From positions 128,001 to 192,000 of the forward strand of contig JAVHQC010000033.1 of the NCBI GenBank assembly GCA_036170915.1: a DNA stretch of 64,000 bases, written 5' to 3'. Position numbers and translations under genes: made by a program. Source of the stretch: Cyanobacteria bacterium auto_48_18 (GTDB lineage Bacteria > Cyanobacteriota > Vampirovibrionia > Obscuribacterales > Obscuribacteraceae). This document shows positions 19,704 to 29,656 of the stretch, in pieces. Under the pieces are notes generated by a model that saw only the letters and a list, made by a program, of their open reading frames with translations, was not told where the DNA came from and searched no databases. The number at the start of each line of letters is the position of its first letter. Within the stretch, counting starts at the first letter, position 1.

Positions 19704-20605
19704 CAGTTAGCTGCCTCAGGATGCTCGGCAATAAGTTTGTCAACGGCAGATTTTAGCTGTGCACTGCGTGGATAATTTCTGTCTTGGATGGCCAGCGTAA
19801 TAAGCAATAAATAACAACGGTGCGCAGTTGCAAACTGTTTCTGCTCAACAAAATATTTAGTAAGAATTTCTACGTTTTTGACTGACATCTTGCCAGCTTT
19901 TCTCTCGGTTTCGTATGATTCGAGCACATGTCTTTCGTCCCATCCATTGACCGCATCCAGGAATGGAATTTCTGCTCTATGACGAAGAAGGTAAAAGCCG
20001 TCGATTTGGCCGACACTGTGATCATTTAGTGCGCTTGTAGGAAGTATCGCTTCTGGTGAAGAGCTCAGGTACTGCACTTCACTTTTGGTGGGTACAGGCC
20101 GCTTCGCAAAACGGTTTACTACGTGCCCGGTAGCTTCTCTAAAATTACTAAGTTGGCTATCCATCGAACAGCTGCTCAAGCTTATCGACAACGCTACTAG
20201 AATGCCTAAAGAAAAAGCCGGATTAGCTGAAGTAAAACCGCTGACTAACTTTGAATAAACTCCCGTTGGCAAATCAATACTTTCGCCAGCACTTACTCGC
20301 GGCAATACTTTCCATTCTTCCAAGTCAAAGCTTTGCTGTCTTAATGCTTTTGGCTTGCGAAACGAAACGCAAATTTTTTCGCCTTGATTGACTCGCTGTT
20401 GAAGGCCGGCAACTTGTTCTTTAGAAAAATCGCTAATGTCTTGCACGGAGCATTTGCATTGCTCGCAGTAGCGAACCTGATCTCCACCGCTCATATCCTG
20501 CCATTTAATTTGGCAGTCAAAAGCCAGTTTGACGGGAGCTTCTTGCTCAATGCCGGTTTCAGTCATGAGCACCCCGTATTGCTTGCTGCTATAAGTTGTA
20601 CCCAA
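19703..20605 (-). CDS. Cys-rich N-terminal domain protein with internal lipobox-like motif (paralog of neighbour)
   Basis: Same Cys motif; hydrophobic stretch ending LSSC. Confidence 0.7.
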   Translation of the reverse strand: MGTTYSSKQYGVLMTETGIEQEAPVKLAFDCQIKWQDMSGGDQVRYCEQCKCSVQDISDFSKEQVAGLQQRVNQGEKICVSFRKPKALRQQSFDLEEWKVLPRVSAGESIDLPTGVYSKLVSGFTSANPAFSLGILVALSISLSSCSMDSQLSNFREATGHVVNRFAKRPVPTKSEVQYLSSSPEAILPTSALNDHSVGQIDGFYLLRHRAEIPFLDAVNGWDERHVLESYETERKAGKMSVKNVEILTKYFVEQKQFATAHRCYLLLITLAIQDRNYPRSAQLKSAVDKLIAEHPEAAN

Positions 20606-20889
20606 TGAGGCCCAGAGTCAGCTTAGCAATGAATTTGGGTCGCCGCTCGTTTTTGCTCGGCAACCCCCAATCAGTCAACCGTCGTCAAGCGTTATAGCTT
20701 GGCATCATGAGGTTGTAACGAGATTTGCCCCAAATATCGAGATGTAAATAGCCATTTTGGCCTCTTACTTAAAGACCAGGCAAAATCCTATAGCTATGTT
20801 TAGCCAGGAAAGCTAAAAGAGAAGTTAATAGAATAGAATCCTATTTAGCTATTACTTTCATATGATTTAGTACCTCCGAACTTTGATCA

Positions 20890-23800
20890 ATGACAACCCA
20901 AAGGAATTCCCAGAAATTGTTCTCAAAATTGTTTGAAAACGGCTTTACTGGCCAATCTTTACCCCGTCCGGTTGCGCGCAAGGCGTCACGGCAGTTCGTC
21001 GCTCTGGCTCTGTCATTCGGTTTGGCTGCCGCGAGTGGTCTGGCTTCTGTGGCACCGGCACTGGCATATGTCGATCAGGCTCAACTAATTCAACTTAATA
21101 ACGACGCCGTTAAAGCAATTAACCAGCAGCAGTATCCGCTGGCTATTCAGAAGCTCGAACAAGCACTCAAGCTTGATCCCACCTATAAAAATGCCAGGGC
21201 AAACCTGGCGATTGCGCTGAATAACTATGGTCTGGTTTTCCAGGGCAACCCCATGGAAGCCATCAAATACTTCCACAAAGCTGTTTTGCTTGATCCTGCC
21301 AACCCGACCACATTGTCAAATTTGACCGGCATCATTCAAAAAATGGGCAAGAATCCACGGTCTTTTGCTGACCGTGTAGCCATTGGTGATGCGTCCCGCA
21401 AGTCTGCCGATTTTGTCGGGGCCATTGTCGAATATGCCGAAGCCTTAAAAATCAAAGATGACGGCGCTGTGCACGAGAAGTTAGCTGATGTTTATCGCGT
21501 GCGCGATGAGAACGACAAGGCCATCGAGCAATATCAAGCCGCATCACGCAGCGGCGACAGTGCTGCTATTGAAGTTAAGTTAGGCCAAGCGTATCAGGCC
21601 AAGAAAGACATCACTAACGCAATTGCCGCTTACACCAAAGCGATTTCAATGAAGTCTGACGATCCAGATGTGCAAGAAGCACTGGTTTCTGGATGGGAAG
21701 AAGCGCTTAAAGACAGCCCAACTGAGCCAAACAACCACATCGGTTTGGGTCAGGCTTTTCAATACAAAGGTGACTTTGGTCAAGCAGAATCAGAATATAA
21801 ATTAGCCATATCACTTTCACCTGGTCGCAAGAACGCCATTGCTGAAAAGCTTTTGCAGGGCTTGGCGGCTGTGAAAGACAATTTCCAAATTACCAAATAC
21901 ATCAACATGGGTGTTGACTTGCAGAGTCGCAAGCAATACGGCCCAGCCCTCGATTCATATAAACGTGCACTGGCATCGGCAAAAGACCCCAAACAAAAAT
22001 CAGACATTTTGATGAATATGGGTACTGCTTATCAGGCTATGAGTGATTATCCAAGTGCCATCGGCGCATACCAACAGGCTATTCAGCTTGATCCTGGTAA
22101 CACAGCCGCGCAACAGGGCATCAAGACTGCTACCGATCAACAGAAAGATAAAGCAGTGGGCGATCTATCAAGTGCTGCCGATGGTCTTTTCAAAGCCGGC
22201 AATTATGATGGTGCCATTGCAAAATACCAGGAATTACTAAAAGCTGATCCCAAAGATCCGGCTGTGCACTTTAATATTGGTGCTGCTTATCAGCTCAAAA
22301 AAGATTTTGACAATGCCATTGTTGAATACAACATGGCCATCAATCTAGACCCCAAGAACAAGAGCTACCAAGACTCTTTGACTAAGGTCAAAGATTTGAA
22401 AGTGCAGCCTATCATCAACAATGCGGTGGCGAAACACCAGGCTAAAGATTACGCCCAAGCGATTAGTCTCTATCAGCAGGCACTGAATATAGTGCCTAGC
22501 AATGCCAGCCTCTGGTATAACCTTGCTTCGGCTCAGTACGCTTCGCAAGATTATGGTGGCGCTCGCAGTTCTTACGTTAAGAGCTTAGAAGTTGACCCCA
22601 AAGCGCAGCCTGATAGTGTTTACTTCCTTGCCACCATTGACGAAAACAGTGGTAAAGGCGACCAGGCCAGAAGTGAATACCAGCAATATTTGAGCTCAGC
22701 TAAAGGCGGGCCCTACGCTACTCAAGCGCAGTCTAGAATCGCAGCTCTGAGTAAAGATCCATCAGCCACCATTAAAATTAAGTCTGAGAGCGATCTGGCT
22801 AAAGATAAGGAAGCGACTGATTCTTATGCCAAGGCCGTTGATTTGCAACGTGCTGGGCAATATGATCAGGCCATTGCTATGTATCAAAAAGCCATTGCCA
22901 TTCAGCCTTCCAATGCTGATTTCAAATACGCCGTTGGTACTGCTTATCAGCAAAAAGGCGACCTTGATCAAGCTCTGGCTAATTACAATCTGGCATCAAA
23001 TATGATGCCGGCCAATGCCGACTACAAAAAAGCAATTAAGGACGCCACCGTTCTAAAAGCTGGTCCTCTGGTTAAACAAGCTTTCGATAAACAAACCGCC
23101 GGTGACCTTCCTGGTGCTATCGATCTCTATAGCCAGGCCTTGAAGCTAGACACTGATAACGGCTCGGTCTATATGAACCTTGGTGTTGCCTATCAGGCTA
23201 GCGATAATTTTAAGGCTGCCTATGACGCTTATCAGAACGCCTATAAATATGATCCTACCGGTTGCGTCGATTGTCTGTATTTCATGGGACAAATCGAAGA
23301 GAACAATGGTCAAGTTGGGCCAGCGCTCGCCCACTATTCTCAATACAATCAGAAAGCACCATCCGGTGCATACGCTGCCGCCGCCAAGGGCAGAATGGCA
23401 GCCTTGCAGACAAATCCTGCCAACGCACAAAAACTGTCTACATCCACTGACGTGAAAAATGCTCAGGGTGCTGCTGACGCTTACAATAAAGCTGTTAAAT
23501 TGCAGGAGGCCACCAAATATGATGAGGCTATTCCGCTTTATGAACAAGCCATTTCAATGCAGCCCAAAGAACCTGCCTATGTGTATGCGTTAGCCACTGC
23601 CTATCAGGCTAAAGGTGATTTTGACAATGCCATCACCAAGTACAAAGAGGCCATAGCTAAGGCTCCGGCTAACCAGGTCGAGTCATTCAAGCAGGCCATG
23701 GCCTCGGCTCAGTTAGCTCAGGCAACTCCGATTATGGATCAAGCAGTGGCAAAACACAGCGGCGGCGATCCTGCTGGTGCCATTCCACTTTATGAAAAAG

Positions 23801-24759
23801 GCCTGGCGCTTTATCCTGGTAATCCGCATGGTTACACCAACCTGGCGGGTGCTTATCAGGCCATTGACGATTTCAATAAAGCTAAAAGCAATTATCAGAA
23901 AGCCATTGATTTAGATGCAAAAGGCGAGTCAGATAACTGGTACTTCATCGGCTTAATTGATGAGAATAACAGCCAGGTGCCGACGGCACTTTCTGATTAT
24001 GGTAAATATCTTGCCGCTAAGGCCACCGGCACTTATGCAGCCGACGCCAAGGCTCGAGTAGCCAGGCTAAAGGCTAATCCGGCTTCAGCTCAGAAGCTAT
24101 CTACTCAAGCGCAGGTCAAAGCCTCTAGTGCCGCATCTGGTGCCTTCAATGACGCAGTTGCTTTGCAACAAGCGAAAAAATATGATGAGGCTATCGCCAA
24201 GTATAAGGAAGCCATTCAAGCAACACCAAACGAAGCTTCATACTATTACAGCCTGGGTACTTGCTATCAAGCCAAGGAAGATTGGGATAGTGCACTGGGA
24301 GCATATCAAAGAGCCAGCCAAATTAACCCTAATGAAAGTGCTTACAAACAGCTAGTTACACAGATGAAACAAGCGAAGGCATCGCCACTGGTGAATTCAG
24401 CCATCGAGAAACAGACCAAGGCTGATGCCTCTGGTAAATTTGACCTTGCCGGCGCCGTTGCTGACTACGAAGCTGCTTTGAAGGTCAACGATGATGGCGC
24501 TACTCACAGTTATCTGGGTACTGCCTATCAGGGTCTGGGAAATAATCAGAAGGCACTGAGCGAATACACTAGAGCTCTAGCTCTAGATAAGAGTCTTGTA
24601 GACACCTATTATTATTTAGGCACCGTATATGAAGCTCTCAAGCAACCAGCTAAAGCAATTGAAGAATATCAACGCTTTGTGCGCTCTGCACCAGCCAATA
24701 ATCAAAACATGGCTGCGGTAAAAGATCGCTTGAAGCTGCTTGCGCCTGGTCGCAAATAA
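20890..24759 (+). CDS. Large secreted TPR-repeat protein (1289 aa)
   Basis: Signal peptide ending PALA; TPR motifs throughout; higher-order internal repeat. Confidence 0.92.
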   Translation: MTTQRNSQKLFSKLFENGFTGQSLPRPVARKASRQFVALALSFGLAAASGLASVAPALAYVDQAQLIQLNNDAVKAINQQQYPLAIQKLEQALKLDPTYKNARANLAIALNNYGLVFQGNPMEAIKYFHKAVLLDPANPTTLSNLTGIIQKMGKNPRSFADRVAIGDASRKSADFVGAIVEYAEALKIKDDGAVHEKLADVYRVRDENDKAIEQYQAASRSGDSAAIEVKLGQAYQAKKDITNAIAAYTKAISMKSDDPDVQEALVSGWEEALKDSPTEPNNHIGLGQAFQYKGDFGQAESEYKLAISLSPGRKNAIAEKLLQGLAAVKDNFQITKYINMGVDLQSRKQYGPALDSYKRALASAKDPKQKSDILMNMGTAYQAMSDYPSAIGAYQQAIQLDPGNTAAQQGIKTATDQQKDKAVGDLSSAADGLFKAGNYDGAIAKYQELLKADPKDPAVHFNIGAAYQLKKDFDNAIVEYNMAINLDPKNKSYQDSLTKVKDLKVQPIINNAVAKHQAKDYAQAISLYQQALNIVPSNASLWYNLASAQYASQDYGGARSSYVKSLEVDPKAQPDSVYFLATIDENSGKGDQARSEYQQYLSSAKGGPYATQAQSRIAALSKDPSATIKIKSESDLAKDKEATDSYAKAVDLQRAGQYDQAIAMYQKAIAIQPSNADFKYAVGTAYQQKGDLDQALANYNLASNMMPANADYKKAIKDATVLKAGPLVKQAFDKQTAGDLPGAIDLYSQALKLDTDNGSVYMNLGVAYQASDNFKAAYDAYQNAYKYDPTGCVDCLYFMGQIEENNGQVGPALAHYSQYNQKAPSGAYAAAAKGRMAALQTNPANAQKLSTSTDVKNAQGAADAYNKAVKLQEATKYDEAIPLYEQAISMQPKEPAYVYALATAYQAKGDFDNAITKYKEAIAKAPANQVESFKQAMASAQLAQATPIMDQAVAKHSGGDPAGAIPLYEKGLALYPGNPHGYTNLAGAYQAIDDFNKAKSNYQKAIDLDAKGESDNWYFIGLIDENNSQVPTALSDYGKYLAAKATGTYAADAKARVARLKANPASAQKLSTQAQVKASSAASGAFNDAVALQQAKKYDEAIAKYKEAIQATPNEASYYYSLGTCYQAKEDWDSALGAYQRASQINPNESAYKQLVTQMKQAKASPLVNSAIEKQTKADASGKFDLAGAVADYEAALKVNDDGATHSYLGTAYQGLGNNQKALSEYTRALALDKSLVDTYYYLGTVYEALKQPAKAIEEYQRFVRSAPANNQNMAAVKDRLKLLAPGRK

Positions 24760-24791
24760 TTTAACCAAGTAACAATAAGAAAGAGAATTTT

Positions 24792-25433
24792 GTGCCAGTA
24801 AATTCAGCTATAAAGCGGATGTTGAAGACTTACAATCAATGTCGAACCTATAGCGATCAAGGCTCTTTCTATAATTCGTCGGGGCCGCTTGGTCTGGAAT
24901 ATACAACTGACTTCGAGCGGTCTAAACAATTCAAATTGGCCTGGCGTCAGATAAAAGACGAGCCTGGTTCTGAACTGATGAGCGGTGAGCTGATAGCAAA
25001 TTCTAAAGGCACTACGGTGACAATGCGCTTAGAAAAAGCCGACTGGCCGGAGCCGCGAGTGAAGAACCGCGACTATGTGATGGTATTTGATGCACTGGCC
25101 GACATCGAGGGCGTGATTCAAAGTCTTGTGATCGTGCCGCAGTATCTTTTTTACCCACCTGACGAAATTGTTGCCACTGGTCAGTTTGATGCATTTCAAG
25201 AAAGTGAAGACGTAATCTTTAACGACGAAGCTTGTGTTAAGTTCACCACCATGAATAGTGGCATCAGGCGCGAGATTGTCCTTTCTCAAGTTGATGGCAC
25301 TCTGCGCAGACACTTTATGGGCACGGGTCTTCAGGAAGGCGGCGAGGAGCTTCTTTCGGCCCTGGGAGCACCAATGTCAAACTGTCTTGATATTCGCTCA
25401 GTGAAGTTAGAGGCCGGCATTTACAGCGAGTAG
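24792..25433 (+). CDS. Hypothetical protein
   Basis: 213-aa ORF filling the intergenic space, protein-like composition. Confidence 0.6.
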   Translation: MPVNSAIKRMLKTYNQCRTYSDQGSFYNSSGPLGLEYTTDFERSKQFKLAWRQIKDEPGSELMSGELIANSKGTTVTMRLEKADWPEPRVKNRDYVMVFDALADIEGVIQSLVIVPQYLFYPPDEIVATGQFDAFQESEDVIFNDEACVKFTTMNSGIRREIVLSQVDGTLRRHFMGTGLQEGGEELLSALGAPMSNCLDIRSVKLEAGIYSE

Positions 25434-25450
25434 TTTCGCTTCTAGCCCTC

Positions 25451-26164
25451 TTATTCTGTTGGTCCAAAAAGAAGTTGATAATCAGCGTCGCTCTTGCGGG
25501 TGGCATCCCCCGTAACTACCTCGCGTGTCGACTTGGCTAATCGATAGCCGGCAGGAACATTGAAAAGCTTACCGTCAGTAGGCACACTTTTAATATTTTC
25601 TGTGGTCAAGCTAACTTCCATTAGTCCTTTCACGCTCTTGCCGCTCAGGTAATCTTTCCCTGAAAGAGTGCGGGCAAAGCCGGTGGTGATGCCACCATTT
25701 GTTGGCAAGGCATAAAAAGCAAAGAGTATTCGCTCTATTTGCGGTGGTAAGCCATTCAGCGGCATGTACTTTAGTGTTTTATCTGAAGCGGTCATGCGCA
25801 CAAGCTTTTGACCCGAAAAATTAAAAGTCGATGTAAGGCTTTTCTTAGTGAAGTTGCGATTGGTTTTATCGAGTATAACCCCAGTAGCTATGCCGGTATT
25901 TTCGAAGCTTTCGAGACTTTGGGTAATGTACGTCTTGTCGTCATTGCGAAAAATACTGACTTGCCATTTTGGCGCCTTCGACACCAGCACAAATTTCAGC
26001 CGACCGCGATTTTCAATGCGAATTCCTTCGGGGGCGGCAGTAATTTCGTTGGCACCATAAAAAACATGTGTTTGATTCAGTCTGATACTTTTGCTGGCAG
26101 CCATTGATGGAAGAGCCGTGCTCAAAATGAGAAGGAGGCTGCAAATGTGTCTCAAGATAATCAT
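25451..26164 (-). CDS. Secreted protein, tandem paralog 4 of 4
   Basis: Signal peptide; IRLNQTH, RIENRGRL, DDKTY, PTNGGI, FNVPAGY. Confidence 0.8.
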   Translation of the reverse strand: MIILRHICSLLLILSTALPSMAASKSIRLNQTHVFYGANEITAAPEGIRIENRGRLKFVLVSKAPKWQVSIFRNDDKTYITQSLESFENTGIATGVILDKTNRNFTKKSLTSTFNFSGQKLVRMTASDKTLKYMPLNGLPPQIERILFAFYALPTNGGITTGFARTLSGKDYLSGKSVKGLMEVSLTTENIKSVPTDGKLFNVPAGYRLAKSTREVVTGDATRKSDADYQLLFGPTE

Positions 26165-26913
26165 TTAAAGAAAAGTGCGTCAGATTCTTCAACTTCACGC
26201 TTGGCGGCACTGCCCGCCACGACGTCACGAATAGATTGGGCCTTTCTCAAACCGCGTGGCATGGTAAAGGTTGACGGTGACACGGATACTTTAGTGATTT
26301 TAGTGGTGTCGAGAGTAGTCTCATGTCTGCCACCACCTTTCATGCCTGTGACAAAGTCAGCAGAAATTTTCACACTATCGAAAAATATGGGTATGCCACC
26401 ATTGGTAGGTTGTTTATATGCGGCATACAGAATCCACTCGACCTGCTCGGCAATGTCACCACGCTCCATATATTTGATTGTGCACCACGAAGAAGTTAAG
26501 CGCTCAATACCGAAATTATCAATTTTCATTTTTGAATGTCGATATATTTTGCCACGCATAAAACGATCTTTGCGACCAATTAGAAGGTCTGACATTAAGC
26601 CAGTGTCTCGAAAGAGATCGATGCCTTGAGTAAAATATGTTTTGTCGTCTGGACGATAAACAGTGACTTTCCAATCTGGTGCTTTGGCTACCAAAATATA
26701 ACGTAGCCTAGAAATGTTTTCGATTCTTATGGCGTTTTTGGCAATGGTGACTTCTGATTTACCCATAAAAAAGTGAGTCTGGCTTAGTTTGATTGCTGGA
26801 ATAGTAGGAGTCGAAACTGCTTTCGCAAAGGTCGGTGCAGCCTGCAACAGACACGCTAAAAGCATCGCGTTTAAGACTTGTCTTCGATTTTTTGAGATAC
26901 CAGGGCTAATCAA
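26161..26913 (-). CDS. Secreted protein, tandem paralog 3 of 4
   Basis: IKLSQTH, DDKTY, PTNGGI, FTMPRGL. Confidence 0.8.
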   Translation of the reverse strand: MISPGISKNRRQVLNAMLLACLLQAAPTFAKAVSTPTIPAIKLSQTHFFMGKSEVTIAKNAIRIENISRLRYILVAKAPDWKVTVYRPDDKTYFTQGIDLFRDTGLMSDLLIGRKDRFMRGKIYRHSKMKIDNFGIERLTSSWCTIKYMERGDIAEQVEWILYAAYKQPTNGGIPIFFDSVKISADFVTGMKGGGRHETTLDTTKITKVSVSPSTFTMPRGLRKAQSIRDVVAGSAAKREVEESDALFFK

Positions 26914-27650
26914 AATAGAACTCCAAAGTCAGCATTTTTATCTCGTGTCGATTCTCCGGCAACCACTTCTCGAACTGATTTGGCAAGCTTGTAGCCGGAA
27001 GGTGGATCGAAGGAGTTGGCACCAATCGAAATATCCTCAATTTTATCTGTTTCTAATACTGTTTCAATGCTACCTCGAACGCTCATGCCGCTGATGAAAT
27101 CTTCGCTTTTGCAAACACGGCTGAAGCCGGTGCTGATTCCTCCGTTGGTGGGGGTTTTATAAGCTGCATAGACTAGTCGTTCAATCTGTGGCGGCAAACC
27201 ATTGAGGGGCATATATTTAACAGTTTTGAACTTTCCCGTTAATCGCACAAGCTTTTTACCGCAAAACTCTAACTCAGACTTTCTGTTGTTTCCTAAATAG
27301 TACTTGTCTTGCCTTTTAACCAGCATCTGTGATGCCAAACCGCTCTCTTCAAATTGAGCCAGGCTTTCGCTTATATATACTTTGTCATCGTCGCGAAAAA
27401 TGGTCACTTTCCACTCGGGTGCTTTAGCAACTACAGTAAAGTGTAGGCGCCCTTTGTTTTCCATGCGAAAGCCCTTCGGGGCAAGGATCAGCTGGCATTT
27501 TCCGAAAAACACATGAGTTTGGCTCAACCTTATGGCTTTATTGTTTGCACCGTTTGCCGCAGTATAACTCAGCATTAGACCAGCTGCCAGGAGTGATGGC
27601 ATCAAGCGCAAGTATTTTTCTGTTTGCGCCACAAGCATGGGTGAACTCAA
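26910..27650 (-). CDS. Secreted protein, tandem paralog 2 of 4
   Basis: IRLSQTH, DDKVY, PTNGGI, FDPPSGY. Confidence 0.8.
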   Translation of the reverse strand: MSSPMLVAQTEKYLRLMPSLLAAGLMLSYTAANGANNKAIRLSQTHVFFGKCQLILAPKGFRMENKGRLHFTVVAKAPEWKVTIFRDDDKVYISESLAQFEESGLASQMLVKRQDKYYLGNNRKSELEFCGKKLVRLTGKFKTVKYMPLNGLPPQIERLVYAAYKTPTNGGISTGFSRVCKSEDFISGMSVRGSIETVLETDKIEDISIGANSFDPPSGYKLAKSVREVVAGESTRDKNADFGVLF

Positions 27651-27667
27651 TTCTCCTTCGCCGGAAT

Positions 27668-28414
27668 TTACTTGACGGGGTGAAATAATGCTTCGAAGTC
27701 TACGTCTTTAGCGCGCGTGGAAGATCCCGCCACCACTTCTCGTACTGATATTCCCTTTTTGTAGCCTGGCGGTACGCTGAACATTTTTTCGTTGGTGACT
27801 ACGTCTTCTATCTTTGTCGTATCAAGTGTGATTTCAATTCTGCCCTGGTTGCGCATGCCGGTGACGTAATCTCGCTGCAACAACGTTCGAATAAAACCGG
27901 TGGGTATGCCGCCTTGAGTAGGACATTTATAAGCACTATAAAGTAGTCGCTCTATCTGTGGTGGCAGGCCATTGAGTGGCAAGTATTTCAGGGTTTGATC
28001 TTTGGCGGTTATACGCACCAATTTCTTACCTGAGAAATTAAAAGTAGATTTGCGATTTTTCTCCCGGATAAACCGCTCTTTAGCCACTAAAACAAAACCC
28101 GAAACTAACCCGGCTTCTTCAAACTTTGCAAGGCTTTCGGTGACAAAAACCTTGTCGTCGTCTCGAAATATCGACACTTCCCAGCTGGGTGGTTTGGCCA
28201 CCACCACGAACTTCAGGCGCCCAGTATTTTCCATGCGAAAACCTTCAGGTGATACCGTCAGCTGGTTGGTGCCAAAAAACTCATGCGTTTGATAAAGCCT
28301 GATGCCTTTGCTGGTTGCACCGGCATCAGGGCACCACAGAAGGCAAACAGCAGTAAGCAGTAACAGTATTGCTCTGGCAGAGAATCTATTTCTATTGTGT
28401 GGGGGCGCCTGCAT
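27668..28414 (-). CDS. Secreted protein, tandem paralog 1 of 4
   Basis: IRLYQTH, DDKVF, PTQGGI, FSVPPGY; overlaps the end of lgt. Confidence 0.8.
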   Translation of the reverse strand: MQAPPHNRNRFSARAILLLLTAVCLLWCPDAGATSKGIRLYQTHEFFGTNQLTVSPEGFRMENTGRLKFVVVAKPPSWEVSIFRDDDKVFVTESLAKFEEAGLVSGFVLVAKERFIREKNRKSTFNFSGKKLVRITAKDQTLKYLPLNGLPPQIERLLYSAYKCPTQGGIPTGFIRTLLQRDYVTGMRNQGRIEITLDTTKIEDVVTNEKMFSVPPGYKKGISVREVVAGSSTRAKDVDFEALFHPVK

Positions 28415-29195
28415 TCTTCTGATATATCCTCAGCAGTGCACATAAGGCTAATGCCATTGTACCTGCGCTGACCAGAAGCGGCACGGGAATATTCATATAA
28501 CTGGCAATGCTATCGACTCGCATGGGCTCAATAATCATTCGTCCCAAGGAATATCCAGCCAGGTAAAGACAACTTACTGCTCCGGGATATTTGATTAACT
28601 TTTTGGACGCGTAAAAGTAGAGAAGCAAAAACAGTCCGAGATTCCAAACACTTTCATAGAGGAAAGTGGGATGAAAATAGTTGTAAGTGCGAAAAGCCAT
28701 TGGTCGACAATCAACAGGAATAAACAATTTGAGTAAAAAATTGTCTGCCACCGGCTGACCGAAGGCTTCCGAATTGAAAAAATTTCCCCAGCGGCCTACA
28801 GCTTGTGCGAGCGGAATCGAGGCAAATAAAATGTCGCAATAGGTGAGTATGGGAAGTTTTTCGCGATGCAAGTAGTAGATACCGGCAATGGTGCCTCCGA
28901 CCAAGCCTCCATGTATGGAGAGACCACCTTTCCAGGTGGCGAGAATGTCGGCCGGATGAATGAGAAAATAACTTAAATTGAGTGCGGCATAGTAAAGGCG
29001 CGCTCCCAGGACACCAGCGACAAAACAAATCAGCGCAAGGTTGATGATTTTGTCGCTATCCAGACCTCGCGCTTTGGTCATTTTCACGGCCATGGCCACT
29101 GCCATCATGAACCCGATTGCAATCATCACTCCATACCAGCGCACGGTTAGCGGGCCGAGCTGGCAAAGTATGGGGCCGGGTGATTGAAATACCAT
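28392..29195 (-). CDS. lgt: Prolipoprotein diacylglyceryl transferase
   Basis: VRWYG, GARLYY, GGLSIHGG, GRWGNFFNSEAFG, HPTFLYES. Confidence 0.96.
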   Translation of the reverse strand: MVFQSPGPILCQLGPLTVRWYGVMIAIGFMMAVAMAVKMTKARGLDSDKIINLALICFVAGVLGARLYYAALNLSYFLIHPADILATWKGGLSIHGGLVGGTIAGIYYLHREKLPILTYCDILFASIPLAQAVGRWGNFFNSEAFGQPVADNFLLKLFIPVDCRPMAFRTYNYFHPTFLYESVWNLGLFLLLYFYASKKLIKYPGAVSCLYLAGYSLGRMIIEPMRVDSIASYMNIPVPLLVSAGTMALALCALLRIYQKNAGAPTQ

Positions 29196-29219
29196 TAAAT
29201 TGAAATTGAGATAATTGCG

Positions 29220-29501
29220 CTAGTAGGGCTGCTGGTCGTTTGGAAAATGACCACCATAAACGTCTCTAGGAGCTTTGCCCTGGCTGCGGTCTTTATTGGC
29301 AGGCAGTTTACTGTCATGTTGTTCATCTCTAGGGTCGTCGCCATGGGGATCCGCACCACGTGGGTCAGTTCCGCCATATTTTTGCAGTGAAACCGCCTGA
29401 TCTTCCAGCTTTTGAACTTTAAGCTTTCCGATTCCGTCTACTGTTGAAATAGCCACTAGGGCGCCTACAGAGATAGTAGTAATGACAGCAACACTTGACA
29501 T
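29220..29501 (-). CDS. Small hypothetical protein with N-terminal hydrophobic segment
   Basis: GGAGG SD upstream; 93 aa. Confidence 0.55.
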   Translation of the reverse strand: MSSVAVITTISVGALVAISTVDGIGKLKVQKLEDQAVSLQKYGGTDPRGADPHGDDPRDEQHDSKLPANKDRSQGKAPRDVYGGHFPNDQQPY

Positions 29502-29656
29502 TTTAAACCCTCCACAAGACTCAAGATTGAGCGATTTCAGGATGCCTGTCTGTATTTCTGAGCAAAATCAGGTGGGGTCACAGAACAGATGACAGTATAG
29601 AGTAGTAGGGCGCCATTAACGATAAAATGTTGACTTAAGATGAGGAAATAGCTTTT

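Noticed and set aside
25451..28414. Diversity-generating retroelement targets
   Set aside because: No reverse transcriptase and no near-identical repeat pair differing only at adenines.
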